DNA from: Carcharhinus longimanus
Taxonomy: Eukaryota
NCBI GenBank assembly: GCA_030264375.1
Contig: JASCQW010000072.1
Location: forward strand, 15,439,581-15,503,580
Reading direction: 5' to 3'
Length of the DNA stretch: 64,000 bases
This document shows, in pieces, positions 11,105 to 23,570 of the stretch (position 1 is its first letter; every line of letters begins with the position of its first letter). Made by a program: the position numbers and the translations under genes. The notes under the pieces are model-generated. The model ran no database searches, was not told the DNA's origin, and saw only the letters and a list, made by a program, of their open reading frames with translations.

Positions 11105-12030
11105 CGGGGGATGGCTGAGCTCACGTATTGTTCTAGTTAAAAGTTTCACGTTTTAATTTGGAAATGGCAAAGGCAGTACAAGACAGGGGTACAGTAAAAT
11201 TAATATATATACGTACATTCAGTTGATTTAACGGCCCAGCTACATTTTTGTCAGCTCCAGCGACCACCAGCCTCCCCCCCGCAAACAAAGTGTCAGGATA
11301 TGGGACTATGTTGTTGAAAAAATGATTTTTTAAAAGGGTTTTTATTGGGGGGGGGGGAAGGAGGGTGCTGAGTTCATATATTGTTCTACTTAAAAGTTTC
11401 ATGTTGGAATTTGGAACTGGGGGAAAGCAGAGGTAGAGTAAAATTAATATATAAATAAATATGGGGAAGAAGGTGTAGAGTCAAATTAATATGTATAAAT
11501 GGATTAAGCAGAGGTAGAATAAAATTAATATATAAAAATATGGGGAAAGCAGGGCTAGAGTACAGGGTAAATAGGGATAGGGTAAAATTAACATATATAA
11601 ATACGGGGAAAGCAGGGATAGAGTAAAATTAATAGATATAAATATGGGGTAAGCAGGGGTAGAGTAAAATTAATATACATATATAAATATGAGGAAAGCA
11701 GGGGTAGAGTAAAATTAATATATATATATATAAATATGAGAAAAGGGTAGAGTAAAATTAATATATATAAATGAGGAAAGCAGGGGTAGAGTAAAATATA
11801 TATAAATACCAGGAAAGCAGAGGTAGAGTAAAATTATATAAATACGAGCAAAGCAGGGGTAGAGTAAAATTTATATAAATACGAGGCAAGCAGGGATAGA
11901 GTAAAATTAATATATACAGTTATATATACATATATACCCAACGGTTGATTTAACGGCCCCGCTACATTTTTATCATCAGCTTCAGCCAACCCCAAAATGC
12001 GGTGATATGGGGCTATGTTGTCGAAAGAAA
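11105..12030 (+). repeat. Tandem duplication (copy 1 about 11105-11345, copy 2 about 11346-12030)
   Basis: Shared blocks in the same order: GCTGAG.TCA..TATTGTTCTA.TTAAAAGTTTCA.G, GTTGATTTAACGGCCC.GCTACATTTTT and GATATGGG.CTATGTTGT.GAAA. Confidence 0.9.
11418..11917 (+). repeat. Minisatellite, unit of roughly 35-45 bp (GGAAAGCAGGGGTAGAGTAAAATTAATATATAAATAT), about 12 copies
   Basis: Directly visible tandem units with a variable (TA)n spacer. Confidence 0.95.
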
Positions 12031-12231
12031 CGGAGAAACACCCCCCCTCAGAGGAGAGAAAGCCGCGTTATAAAAAATACAAACGATTCCACAGGAAAGA
12101 GAGAAAAAGAAGAGGGGAAAAATATGTAAAAGGAGAGAGCGAACGTAAGTGATGGAAAGCTGCCTGCCTTGCTCGCCTCGCCTCGCCTCCACCTGTTTAT
12201 TTTCTGTTGTTGTCCTGTCTCCTGTTTCCAG

Positions 12232-12329
12232 AGGAGGGAGGCCAAAGGTCATAGGGTAAAGGGCAGCACCCAGCATCCCCGGTGCAATACACAGCCATCT
12301 TGGAGTTATTTTAGGAGATAATTCATGCG
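12232..12329 (+). other. Candidate 5' exon (UTR, or ending in ATG-CG, phase 2)
   Basis: Long polypyrimidine tract ending TTTCCAG at 12231. Donor GCG|GTAAGT at 12330. An upstream donor AAC|GTAAGT at 12145 would define an 87-nt intron. Confidence 0.55.
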
Positions 12330-12534
12330 GTAAGTTTTAACGTTTTCTCCCTTTATTTCTCGCCCGCAGCCGCCCGAGATCCGTCCCCTCGGCGCCGGCG
12401 ACAACTTTTCTCGATGGAAAGGCTGCCGAGTGCGGCGGCGGGAGTGTGGGTTCGCCGTGCGGATGTTGGGCGGCTGCTGTGCCTTTTTTTTGTCTGGGCT
12501 CTGACTGAGTCTCTCCCCCCCCCCCCCCGCAAAC

Positions 12535-12652
12535 ACACTCTCTCTCTCTCTCTCTCACTAACTCTCTGTCTCTCTCACTCTCGCTCTCTCTCTCTCTCTC
12601 TCTCTCACTCACTCTCTGTCTCTCAGACTCGTCACACATACTCTCACTCTCT
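12535..12652 (+). repeat. Imperfect (CT)n microsatellite
   Basis: CTCTCT runs interrupted by CA/GT. Confidence 0.95.
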
Positions 12653-15600
12653 GGTCTGGTCTAATCGAGTACCGTTTCTCAAAAAAATAAGCGGACAGGC
12701 CAACCCAAGCATCGAGGAGCCAGGGAGCAGAGTAAGATCCCGACCCCAGCACACAGAGACATACACCTCACAGGCACTGGGCCTGCATCCGACTTTAGCC
12801 CTCCTCCTCACACTTTCCATCATCTTCCTCCAGATACATTTTACACCACGGGAGCCGAGCTAGGTGACTGATGTTTCCGCAGTTCTAGCTACAAATTCCC
12901 CATTGGCTCTTTGCTGCAATTTCAGAAATTCATTATACCCGCGTTATGTGTGTTCCTGGTTCAGTCAGTGCATTGCATTTCTTTTCAAAGCAGTCAAATG
13001 TTTGTTTTTTTTTCATTAATTTATTTCCTTTTCGGATGCAACTTGTTTATTCTAAGCTGCTCGTGGAAGTTGGATTCATATTTTGTTTCAAACATAGTTT
13101 TGTTTCACGCTCGCAGCATTGTTTGCAGAAAGTTGCTCGGGTCCATTCACGACGTGAGACATGGCGATCATCTCAGAATTGTGTGCATAGCCAAGGGCAA
13201 ACAACATATTCTTTAAAAAAATGTAGCTGGCGCTTTGGATTTTGTTTCAGTAGCTACCATAACTTACAATCGCACATCACAGACCCTTTACTGTTAAATT
13301 ACTTATAATGGGAAAAGCTGAACATTTGGGCCTTTGTATTCAATTTTATTATCCCAAATTATATTTTGCTGCTATTAGTTTTTACTGTTTGTAATCTTGC
13401 AAAGAATTTTAAAGTGCAAAAGTATTGAATCAGTGTATGACAATCAGTCTATTGCAATTAATTTTCATTTTATAAACCTATCAAATTTCAGCATTGTGCC
13501 AAAGCATTTTGTGCACAATTTTGAATTCGGGCAGAAAATTACTTTTAGTATTTTTATACATTGTTAGAAATTACAGGAGACATGGATCGGCATTTACCAA
13601 TGTAAATTGGATTTGAACTATGTTTAAATGCTTCTAGTAATACATAGATCATGGGTCTAAGAAGGTAGGAATAGATTTGGTTTATGTAAACTGAAAAACT
13701 TAACACAAAATTCAGATATTAACTTACAGCATTGCAGAATAATTTGATTTACAAACTGTTGCAAATCTTAATTGAACGTTGATATTAAGAGCATCAAGGC
13801 AGTAATTATTGACACTGTAGTGTGTGACAATTGGATTTAGAAATTGTAATAGCTTTGACGTCAACAACACTGGTACAAGATGTAGGTTTCAAAACATACA
13901 AATTGGTGTTGCTGACTACACTAAACAAATAGAGCTTGTAACTTCTGTACTTGGCTTTATACTCAGGTATTTTGATAGCACCAGCTGAGAGGATGTTTCC
14001 TTAACCCAAAAGAATGGTTTCCAAAGTTGTATGTACACAAAAGTATCTCTAATCAAAAGCCTGTAATGTTAACATAGTAAGAGAGCATTCTCACATTTGA
14101 GATTGAGGTGCAGCTCTGTGGATTCTTTGCCATTTATTGCACATCAACAATTTCTGCAACTGTCTTTCAGCTGTGTGAGAGTGTTTGCCTACTTGCCATT
14201 ACTTCATATAGCCAATATTGTATTGTTAGCGACATCACTACAAAAATAATTGCATTTTCATGACTCGAGGCTTTTAATAGTGTGATATGTTTTTATTAAT
14301 AGTGTTTTAATATTCTTAGTCTTTTTTTTCCCCTCCAGAAAATGAAAGAGGTTGTTCAAAAAGTAGTGTACTGATGCTAGCGGCTAATTGTGTTGGCCGA
14401 AGAAATGCCACTTAATTGAATTGATTGTCACTAGGATCTCAGTAAAGCAGCATATGGGTTTGTGAACATTTTGAATTTTGTGCACATTATTCATAAAAAA
14501 CCCAGTGTTACACTTAAAGAATTTGTCCTTTCAAGCTTGGGTTACATTTGGAGAAGACACTTTGTGATCCTGTACTTGGATCTGCTTCACTGTTAGAAAT
14601 TAAAACTGATCAATCACTGATAATGGTAATGCTTGGACTATTGCACAAATTTAAAAAGTATTGTTTTAAGTTTTTTTCCTCAGGCATGTTCCTGATGCAC
14701 TAAATCATAAAACTTTGAGGATCATTGGAGATTGACAGTAAAATGTTAAGACAAGTTAACCAACAGAGTATTGTGATCTTGCATTATTGGAAAACAATCA
14801 TGTAGCCTTTAATGAATGACCAGAGAGTACAGAACTTGAATGTTGCTAAAAAGAGAGGCATGTTGCTAAAGCCTTTTGTTTGCACTCATTAGGAGTGATG
14901 AATGCAAGACAAAAAGCTTCAATAACATGTATCTCTTTTCAGCAATGACCAGGGAGTGAAAATTCTGATTCTGCAAGCTTTCAAAGCACATTTTATTGGA
15001 ATCGTTGAAATGATGATTTGGTTATTTTTAAGTGGATAAGGAGAGGCTATATTGAATACCATTTACCCTTACGTTATCCAGGAGCATTGGAAAATAGGGT
15101 ATGTTCTAAATGACTTTATTTTATGTTAAAGAGTATACTGAGAAAGATAAATGTTTATTATTGACTTGATATTTAGTATTATTGATTTTTAAGAGATCAA
15201 AACGTTTGACTACCTTTTGAAGATAATAACTGGCAAGATAACTATTTTGTTTTTTTTCACTGTGACACTCTCTTCTTTTTTTAAAGTGAAGAATGGCACC
15301 TTCATCCTTATTCTTGCTCAAATATTGTAGACCAACCCACAGCCGTACCAGTTTTTCATGACTTCTTAAGACGTACTTTCATGGCAAGTGGTTGACTTGG
15401 AGTCACTAGAATCTCAATTAACCAACCTCACCTCTCCTTGGAAAGGTTTGAATCAGAATTCATATGATGTTGCAGATGTAGTGACATTAACATTGTTGTA
15501 CATTTAATTTTAGGAAATGTAATTCCACTCCTGCAGCTGGCTAAAAATGTTGTTGAACTGTTGATATGTGTATTGAGTTGGAATTGCTGATGGTGTCCTC

Positions 15601-17527
15601 CATTTTTAGTCCTCCCTGCAGATGCTGATCCTGACGGCAGAGATCAAGCTGGGCTCATGGTCCATTAAGTAAAGTTGTCTTTCAGTAATGGCACATTACT
15701 TAAAAAAAGATGTTAAGTTGGTATTTGTCCTGCAGAGTTGTAAAATTCTTTTGCATGTATTATAGCAGGCTTCTGAGGTAAAATGTGATCCCTGTTCCCA
15801 TTTGCTGCTCCACAAACTGGTATTCTACTTAATGTGGTACATTTTTCCCTTAACTTAGATTAACTCCATTGTGATGACAAGCTGAAGTATCCTTCTCAAA
15901 CAAATACCAACAATATATAAGTGTTGTTTGCAGGAAGTAGAAAATTTTTAGTTTCTTTTGAATACTTGAGAGTTGTCTAGCCAGTCTAGCAATCAGTGTA
16001 ATGAGGAAAGCTAGTTAATTAGTGGCATGGCAGAAACATTTTATGGGGTGTGGGGGAGATGTGAGAAATATGTTGGCTGTTTTGTCAAGAATCCAGAATT
16101 CAGAACCAAGTCTGGTTGTGTCAATTTAGTAGACAACACTGAATGAGTTAGGGTGAGTTTGAGATGGTCCTTGCCATTTCAGAATTTTGGTGGAGTTTGG
16201 AAGCCCTGTGAAATTCAGAATATTTAATATTCTGTGCAGATGTGAAGTTATGCAGAATCAGTATGAAAATGTGCCACTTGTTTTTAGAATATTAAACCAG
16301 GATGCCATGTTGGGTTAATTTGATTGGTATTCCATTATTATCTTGTCTTATAGCAATAATTTTGAACTTGAAGCCTTTAGGGATTTATTTTTGTACCTTG
16401 GTTGGGCCATTCATTACTTGCTTTCACCCTGTATCTGATTTATTTATATCCCTACCTAACACTGTTGTTGTGAGAAAAAGGAGTGTAGAAATTCAAGGAA
16501 AATGTCCATTACCCACTTTAGGCAATTTGGGGGTCAACACAAAGTGCAAGCTTCATCTAAATGAAGAGAACAGCTTTAAAAAAAAAAATCCATGTTTCAG
16601 TACTGCAAGAAGTCAGTCAACTTTTAACATTGCACCAAATGTGTATTTATTGTTTGGATTTTCAAACCACCACTCTAAGAGCAAAACTTCATGAATTCTG
16701 GACTTAATATTTTTGTTCTGATAATTGGCAGAAAGTACTTCAACCAAAATTTAAACAATGCGCATAGTTTAGGTGATTGAATAACATTTACAAGGTGCAA
16801 ACCATTTTCTTTATTGTTCTAAATAAATTAAAGTGGTAAACTACACTTAATTTAGGGGTAAATTTATTTTGTAGTTTCCTCTAGTCAGTCAGTGATAACT
16901 AAGTGAACTTTATTGTAAAAGAGCAGATAGGACTTTTAATGTTATTGTCATGATAGAACAGGTCAGAGAAAACATGACATGTTTGTTGAAACAACCTGCA
17001 AAAGCCAGGATGCTGTTTGAGAAGCTTCATCTGAATTTGAGTAATTTGGAAACATTTTTGAAAGCGAGAGACTGCACATTACAAGTGGTGTTAAAGTACA
17101 CTTACTGTTAAGTAAACAAATGCATCAACCATTTTGCACATAGCACGGTCTCTCAAATAACAATGGCCTGCTAATTTTCTTTAGTGAATATTTTTTCTTT
17201 AGTGAACTGTTTTTTCTTAAACTAAATCTTGCAATGTGTAATTGACCAAGTTTTTGTTGTTCTTTTACATCTGGTAAGCATACGTGTTACAATACTTTTC
17301 CCAGGGGTCAGAAAAGTAGAGTGGTCTTCAATTCTAGACTGTACCAAAATTATAATTGCTGATGTAGTTCCAATGCATAACACTATTGAACTAAGTCACA
17401 CACAAAACTAAATTGAAAACTCAGATGCAAAACTAAACTATGTTTTGTACTTTTGCCATGCTCTGATTGTGGATGGCACAAGTTAACAAAATTAACTTGA
17501 GAACACTATGAATGCTATAGACTTTAA

Positions 17528-18121
17528 GGGAGGTATTTTCTTAAAATATGGCAGTGTCAGATTATAACTGAAAACAGACATGTTTCTCCCCAGAGAAACA
17601 GCCAGGTTTTCTCTTCAGACCTTTGACACTTGGTCAAAAAAAAAGCAAGGAGTGTGTGCTTTGCCCTGTTGTTCCTGAGGGTCATGGCTTAAGGATGCAA
17701 AGTCGGCTCCACTGGATAATCCAATTACAAATTTCAGTTAAACACCCCCAACTCTTGACCATAAAGGGACAACCTCCCCGCCCCCTCCAAGCACTTACTG
17801 TATGGATAACTGTCTTATCATCGCAGACACTGGGGCATCAGAGTCCAGCCCTTCCCGCAATGCAGCTTCCCCCAAGCATAATGAGAGGTATCCCATTGGG
17901 GTTCTTTGGAGGGCCTGCTCCATGGCAGTGCCAGCCATGTCCCTGACCAGCCAGTGGCTATCACTTCAGATTGATACCTGATTATGTTGCTGTCAGGGTC
18001 GGGTGGGAAAGACCTTATTCTGAAATCTCCCTGGTACAAATCCCATTGTGGCCCTCTTCTGAGATTTTGCGGCCATAATGGGATTTGTGCCCGTGGTGAC
18101 CAGACCCTGAAAATTCCCCCC
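17528..18121. mobile_element. MITE-like non-autonomous DNA transposon (Harbinger-type termini)
   Basis: Imperfect TIRs GGGAGGTATTTTC ... GAAAATTCCCCCC; GC-rich interior in AT-rich flanks. Confidence 0.6.
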
Positions 18122-18576
18122 AAGCCTAGGTTTAACAACTTAAAGTGATAATGTCACTGTACAACCCATGATCACATTACCCATTTCAACACCTGTCCAA
18201 TTCATAAGGAAAAACAGCCGTTGGGTTTTGGGCCAGCCCCTTCCACAGAATGTATATGATTTGTTAAACTAGCTTCTATCTATTTAATCTCCAGATGGAA
18301 AATGCTGAAATTTTCTTCCAAAAGTAAGTCAAGTAAAGAACTAAAGCACATTTTCAGCCTTGCATTCCACATGATATATATTTGGTTGCTATGTTAAAGT
18401 GACATTTGGACCCTTTATATTCTTCAGATTTTTTTTCTCTGTACTAGCCTTTTATAACTCACAATCTAACTGGTGGTTCAAATAATTTGTTAAAAATCTG
18501 GACATGACACAAGTTGCTAGATCCAACTATTTATTTTGCATGTCTTCTACCATGTGGAGGAAGAATGCTCCTAATC

Positions 18577-18668
18577 AGAAATAAAAATCGAAAATGCTGG
18601 AAATGATCAAATCAGGTCACATTTACAGAGAGAGAACAGAGTTAACTTTTCAGACCTTTTTATCAGAA
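18577..18668. repeat. Single arm of the fold-back repeat family
   Basis: GAAAATGCTGGAAAT...GAGAGAGAACAGAGTTAACTTTTCAGACCTTTTTATCAG. Confidence 0.65.
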
Positions 18669-19754
18669 TTGATTCTTGTCTGGAGCTTTGTTGTTAATTT
18701 TGTGTTCAAATCTTCTGCTGCTACTTTAGGTTAGATATGTGCTTATATCTGCATACTATTTATGAAAAAAAAGTTGGGAATAATTTCTCCAATGAAACGG
18801 AACTTTTCTTAGAATATTTTATTTCTCCTGCCGCTTCATGCTAAAATATATTTCTGTTTTAGGCTATTTTCAGCTAAGCTGTAGTTGTTCAATGCTTAAT
18901 TTAAATCAAATACTAACTACATTAAAAGTATTTTAAAAATTAAAACACACTGTGGTTCTCAATAGGTTTTTGCTAGTTACTTTGTTCTATTACTGATATC
19001 TAATTTAAATCTACTCCACTTTGGGAGTTATTTAGACATTTAACATTCCCTCAGAAGAATTAAGTCACAGTTGAATAAATCAAATAAATTTGATTTTGGG
19101 ATATTTGGATTATATCCTCATGTCTTGTGCAGAGTTGACTTTAGTCTCTACTACAGATTAGGGTTTAAATTTTGAGAGCTAACTGCTGGCAAGTGCTGAG
19201 CAGTGCATCTAATTTGCCAAGCATAATAAAACTTGATGCCAGGAGCTTGGTAGTTCCAGAACCAGCAGCACAGATGGAGTTTGTTCAACATTAAATTGGA
19301 ATTTCTCAGCCTCATAGTTTAAAATCACATCAGCTATATGCATTTGCTATATATGTTTGCACACCTGTCTAATATTATGATCATTTTATCATCTCTCAGC
19401 TTGAAAGTAGGTAATGATGCCAGATAAAGCAAGAAAGTTAATCTCTTAATTTCTAAAGGCTCAGAATCACAGCATAGATAAATTTAATTTCAGGGATTTG
19501 AATTTCTATACATTCATTCTGGAATATGCTGTGTGTTCAGTAAAATACTCCTGCTAGCTTTTATTATAGTGTTGCATTTTTCTTAATGTATTATGGGCAG
19601 CTGTGAGGGTCTACAAACTAAGTAAATAAGGTACTGAATTTGAGTTCTTGAAGCTGAACTTTGTCCAGAAGAAGCATAAGCAGTGAGCTATACAGGATTT
19701 TGAATTTATTAATTCATAATTTGTAAAATTTACTCAAGAATTCCTGGAACCACT

Positions 19755-20146
19755 TTTTTTAAATTCATTTGTGGGACATGAACATCACTGGCTGGCCAGC
19801 ATTTATTGCCCATTTCTAGTTGCTCTTGTAGAACTGAGTGACTTGCTAGGCCATTTCAGAGAGCCGTTAAGAGTCAACCACATTACTGTGGCTCTGGAGT
19901 CATATGTAGTTGAGACCCCACAAGGATGGCAGATTTCCTTCCCTAAAGGACTTTAGTGAACCAGATGGTTTTTTTTGACACTCGGCAATGTTTCATGGTC
20001 ATCGTAGATTCTTAATTCCAGATATTTATTATTGAATTCAGATTCCATCATCTGCCATGGTGGGATTTGATCCTGGATTTCCAGAACAATAGCTGAATTT
20101 CTGGATTAATAGTCTAGTGATAATGCCACTAGGCCACTACTTCCCC
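19755..20146 (-). mobile_element. tRNA-derived SINE, family B
   Basis: Minus head TGGCCTAGTGG (A box) and GGATCAAATCC (B-box-like); body TCCTTTAGGGAAGGAAATCTGCC; tail AATAAATGCTGGCC plus poly-A. Four copies in the window. Confidence 0.85.
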
Positions 20147-20167
20147 TGTGAACATTTTATGAACATT

Positions 20168-20370
20168 AAGAGTTGTAAGGGTGTGGAATGCCCTGCCTGC
20201 AACAGTACTGAATTCGTCAACATTAAAGGCATTTAGATAGTCATTGGATAAACACATGGATGATATTGGAATAGTGTAAGTTAGATAGGCTTTAGATTGG
20301 TTTCACAGGTCGGCACAACATCAAGGGCCGAAGGGCCTGTACTGCTGTGTAATGTTCTATGTTCTACTAT
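20168..20370 (+). mobile_element. CR1 LINE 3' end
   Basis: RVVRVWNALP.....LDKHM terminal ORF2 motif, GGGCCGAAGGGCCTG hairpin and TTCTATGTTCTA tail. Confidence 0.88.
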
Positions 20371-21779
20371 GACTTTGCCTGCACTTTAACTTCTTTTGTA
20401 CTTTAATTAATGAAATGAAATTTGTGTGTAAAGAGTTGGTGCATTAAGAAATTAATGGTTCATGAAAATATCTGAAATGCTTGTAAAATGAATATTGCAA
20501 ATGAAGTGTAATTGTTCTATGGATATTGTTCTTTATTTTCCGAGGTGTAATACCTATGCTGTTTTGGTAGAAAGTGAATGTTAAAAAGATGAATAATTTT
20601 TCATTTAGACATTAAAGTGTTAGTGTGAGGCTATAAACCATAGGTGGTAAGTTTCAAAACTTCAATAGTTCTATGGCATGCAAAGTTTCACATTTTTGCA
20701 GTCCATCATATTTTCAAGAAATTCTTGTAAGGCTGAAAATGTGTTGGGACAGAGGATAGCTTGTTGCAATTCAGTCAATTAAAACTCCTGTAAAAATTCC
20801 TGTAGGCCAATGTTCAAAAACTTTTAGCATCTGATGGAAAATTATTACATTGTTTCTGCAAGGCTGGGTGTTTGAAATTATCTTCAAAATGAATGTATCT
20901 TCTCTATTTCAGTATCAATTTTAGGTTCACACTGTACTGATTTCAGTTAGTTGCTGAATAATTCATAAAATTTCTGCGGATAAGTCTGGGATTTGCACAC
21001 TATGCATATGGGAAATATATAAACCCTATGTCCAAGGTCAATATTTATTAAATTATTAGTTTTGGGTTGAAGGTATTGTTGAATTTAGGTTTTGTTTTTG
21101 GCTTCTCCTCCTCTTCCCCTTCATTTTCTTATAAATTTGTTTCAATTTGCATGTTTTGGTACATCAGCAACCCCCCCCCCCCCCTGCCCCCCAGCCATTG
21201 GTGTACTTGAATTTCTAATAAATATCCACAGTAAGCACTGAGTTTAGATTGCATGGCATGGAGGCCACATCAAAGTTGCATCGTACTATAAAGCAGTATA
21301 TTTTAAAAAAAGACCATTCGGTCCATCATACTTTGTGACAGAGCTAGTCAATTAGTCTCCAACTTTGGAGTTGGTTCATTCTGAGGTAGCTGTTTTCAGA
21401 GTTGCTAGTTTTTGATAGCCACGGAGTCTAAAAAGCAATTTTCACATGCATGATTAGAATAGTAAGAGTTGCAGAGAATTAATTATACTTTTTGGAAAAG
21501 GCTACAGTATATTGGTGGATATTGTGTGCACAAGTACTGGCTGTATTTTATCTTTGACAACATATGAATGACTTTTCATTACACCTGCATGTGCCCGCAG
21601 ACTTTCCATAGGGTTTTGCACTGAAACTTACTGTAATTGAGGAACCATTTTGGTGCAGTGGGTCTGGGACTTGTGAGGAGGGCACACAACTGTGTATCTC
21701 CTTAACTAGTGAATTTGAAAATTTTTAACAACAAAGCAGTGTCTGAACTAGAATCGTTAGTTTGAATATTGTGTCAAAT

Positions 21780-22150
21780 CAGATAAAGAAACTGAATTAC
21801 AGAAGGAAAGAAAGATGGAATTGAGAGAAAAAGTGATTAAAAACAGTTTTTAAGAAAGTGTTTTTGAAACTTTAACCATTAACATCTGAAGGAATTGTAG
21901 AAGTTCACTTTCCATTTCAGAGAGGTAGTTTGGCAGTTATCACAGCGTTAAAAATTTACGTAGACTGGAATAGACAGGTTGTATTGTTTTCTGGTGATCT
22001 TATCAGGTAAGTGTGGCAACCAAATGATGTTTAATGATGACTCTGTTGATGAGATACCTGTATAGTGCAGCTTCTGGGTGAGTTGGGCTTCCTAGACAGC
22101 AGTTTCCTGATTTCTACATTTACCTGTGCATGTGTGATTCCTTGTAGTTA
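21780..22150 (+). repeat. Ancient unclassified interspersed repeat, copy 2
   Basis: GA-rich block, then AACATCTGAAGGAAT...GAGAGGTAGTTTGGCAGT...TTAAAAATT, collinear with 55420-55800. Confidence 0.5.
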
Positions 22151-22181
22151 CTAGTTAATATATACTTCAATAATGGCAGGT

Positions 22182-22513
22182 GGGTGACACGGTAGCATAG
22201 TGGTTAGCGCTGCTGCTTCACAGCTCCAGGGACCTGGGTTCGATTCCCGGCTTGGCTCATTGCCTGTGTGGAGTTTGCACATTCTCCTCGTGTCTGTGCG
22301 GGTTTCCTCCGGGTGCTCTGGTTTCCTCCCGTAGTACAAAGATGTGCAGGTTAGGTTGATTGGCCATGCTAAGTTGACTGTAGATGCATAGGTTCGAGGA
22401 TTAGTGGGTAAAATATGTACGGATATGGGGATAGGGCCTGGGTAGGATTGTGGTTGGTGCAGACCTGATGGGCCAAATGGCCTCTTTTTGTACTGTAGGG
22501 TTTCTATGATCTA
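22182..22513 (+). mobile_element. Full-length HE1-type V-SINE
   Basis: A box TAGCATAGTGG, B box GGTTCGATTCC, V-domain, and CR1-like tail GATGGGCCAAATGGCCTC...TTCTATGATCTA. Confidence 0.92.
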
Positions 22514-23218
22514 AGCACTTCTGGCCTCACTATTATTTCTCTAGTGAAATCCAGCATGTTATATCTATTAGTTGATCAATATTGTAGATACATACGTGGT
22601 GAAATATTTCTGTTGGAATACAAACATTTCAACAAATTACTATCAGTTGTCAAATAATGATTATTATACACCATAATGTTTGGCCACGAGGCTACTTTTA
22701 ATTTGATGTTAAGTCTGAATGATCTGATTCATGATTTTATGTACATTAAATTTCCAGTTTGTTGTCTGTTGGTTATGTTGCTTAATTTAAATTATTGAAT
22801 TTTCAGTAGATGAATTGGTTAAAAAAAATCAGTTTCTTCCCAAATCAAATGGCACCATACCTTTTGATATCTACACATAATTTAAAAATGTTTATTTTGT
22901 GCAAAGTTTAAAGAATGTTGAATAAAGATTTGAGCACTTTTAAAACAGACTTCTAAAGCAAAAATATTGAAATTGATGTCCAGGAACCGTCGCAAAATTA
23001 TCAAATTTATAATAATTTAGTTTTCTTTGCTGGCTAACATAAGTTTGTTGTTTCTGTTGCTGAATACCAACTATTATGTTTTCTGATGGGACTGCTTTCT
23101 ATGGGCAACCAATATGTGAATTATTCAGAAGTTAAAATTGGGCCTCATAGACTGTGCCAGTTCTTGCTGCAGGTGTCCCCGCAGTGAAGTTTGAAAATAA
23201 CTAGCCTAAAGAATGTAA

Positions 23219-23570
23219 TTTTTTTTTAATTTGTGGGATGTGGGCATCGGTGGCTCGCTAGCCAGCATTTATTGGCCGATCCTAGCCCTAGGAGGGCAGT
23301 TGAGAATCATCCACGTTGCCATGGCTCTGAAGTCGCATGTGGGCCACACCAGGTAAGAACGCCAGATTTCCTTCCCTAAAGGACATTAGTGAAGCAGATA
23401 GGTTTTTCCGACAATGGTTTCATGGTCATCGGTAGATTCTGAATTCCAGGTACTTTTTTTATTGAATTCAAATTTCACCATGCCAGGATTTGAACCAAGG
23501 TCCCCAGAACATCAGCTGAGTTTCTGGATTAATTGTCTAGCGACACAACTACTAGTGCATCGCCTTCCCC
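23219..23570 (-). mobile_element. tRNA-derived SINE, family B
   Basis: Collinear with 19755-20146 (CAGATTTCCTTCCCTAAAGGACATTAGTGAA). Confidence 0.85.

Larger units (their letters stand above)
11990..12900 (+). promoter_or_regulatory. CpG island / probable promoter of an unidentified + strand gene
   Basis: Dense CpGs (for example 12355-12480) in an otherwise CpG-depleted window. TATAAAA at 12069. YY1 motif GCCATCTTG at 12294-12302. Several + strand splice donors. Confidence 0.75.

Noticed and set aside
12337-12863. 100-aa (-) and 149-aa (+) ORFs in the CpG island
   Set aside because: Open because of high GC and the (CT)n repeat (ERERE / LSLSL translations); no domain recognised.
14339-14400. 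Strong acceptor followed by AAAATG as a coding exon
   Set aside because: Frames close quickly, and splicing to the ATG-CG at 12329 gives MRK*; no convincing donor.
14895-14968. Possible C/D snoRNA (GTGATGA ... CTGA, 74 nt)
   Set aside because: Terminal stem geometry is non-canonical and I could not identify an rRNA or snRNA guide; such box pairs arise by chance. snoscan or Rfam would settle it.
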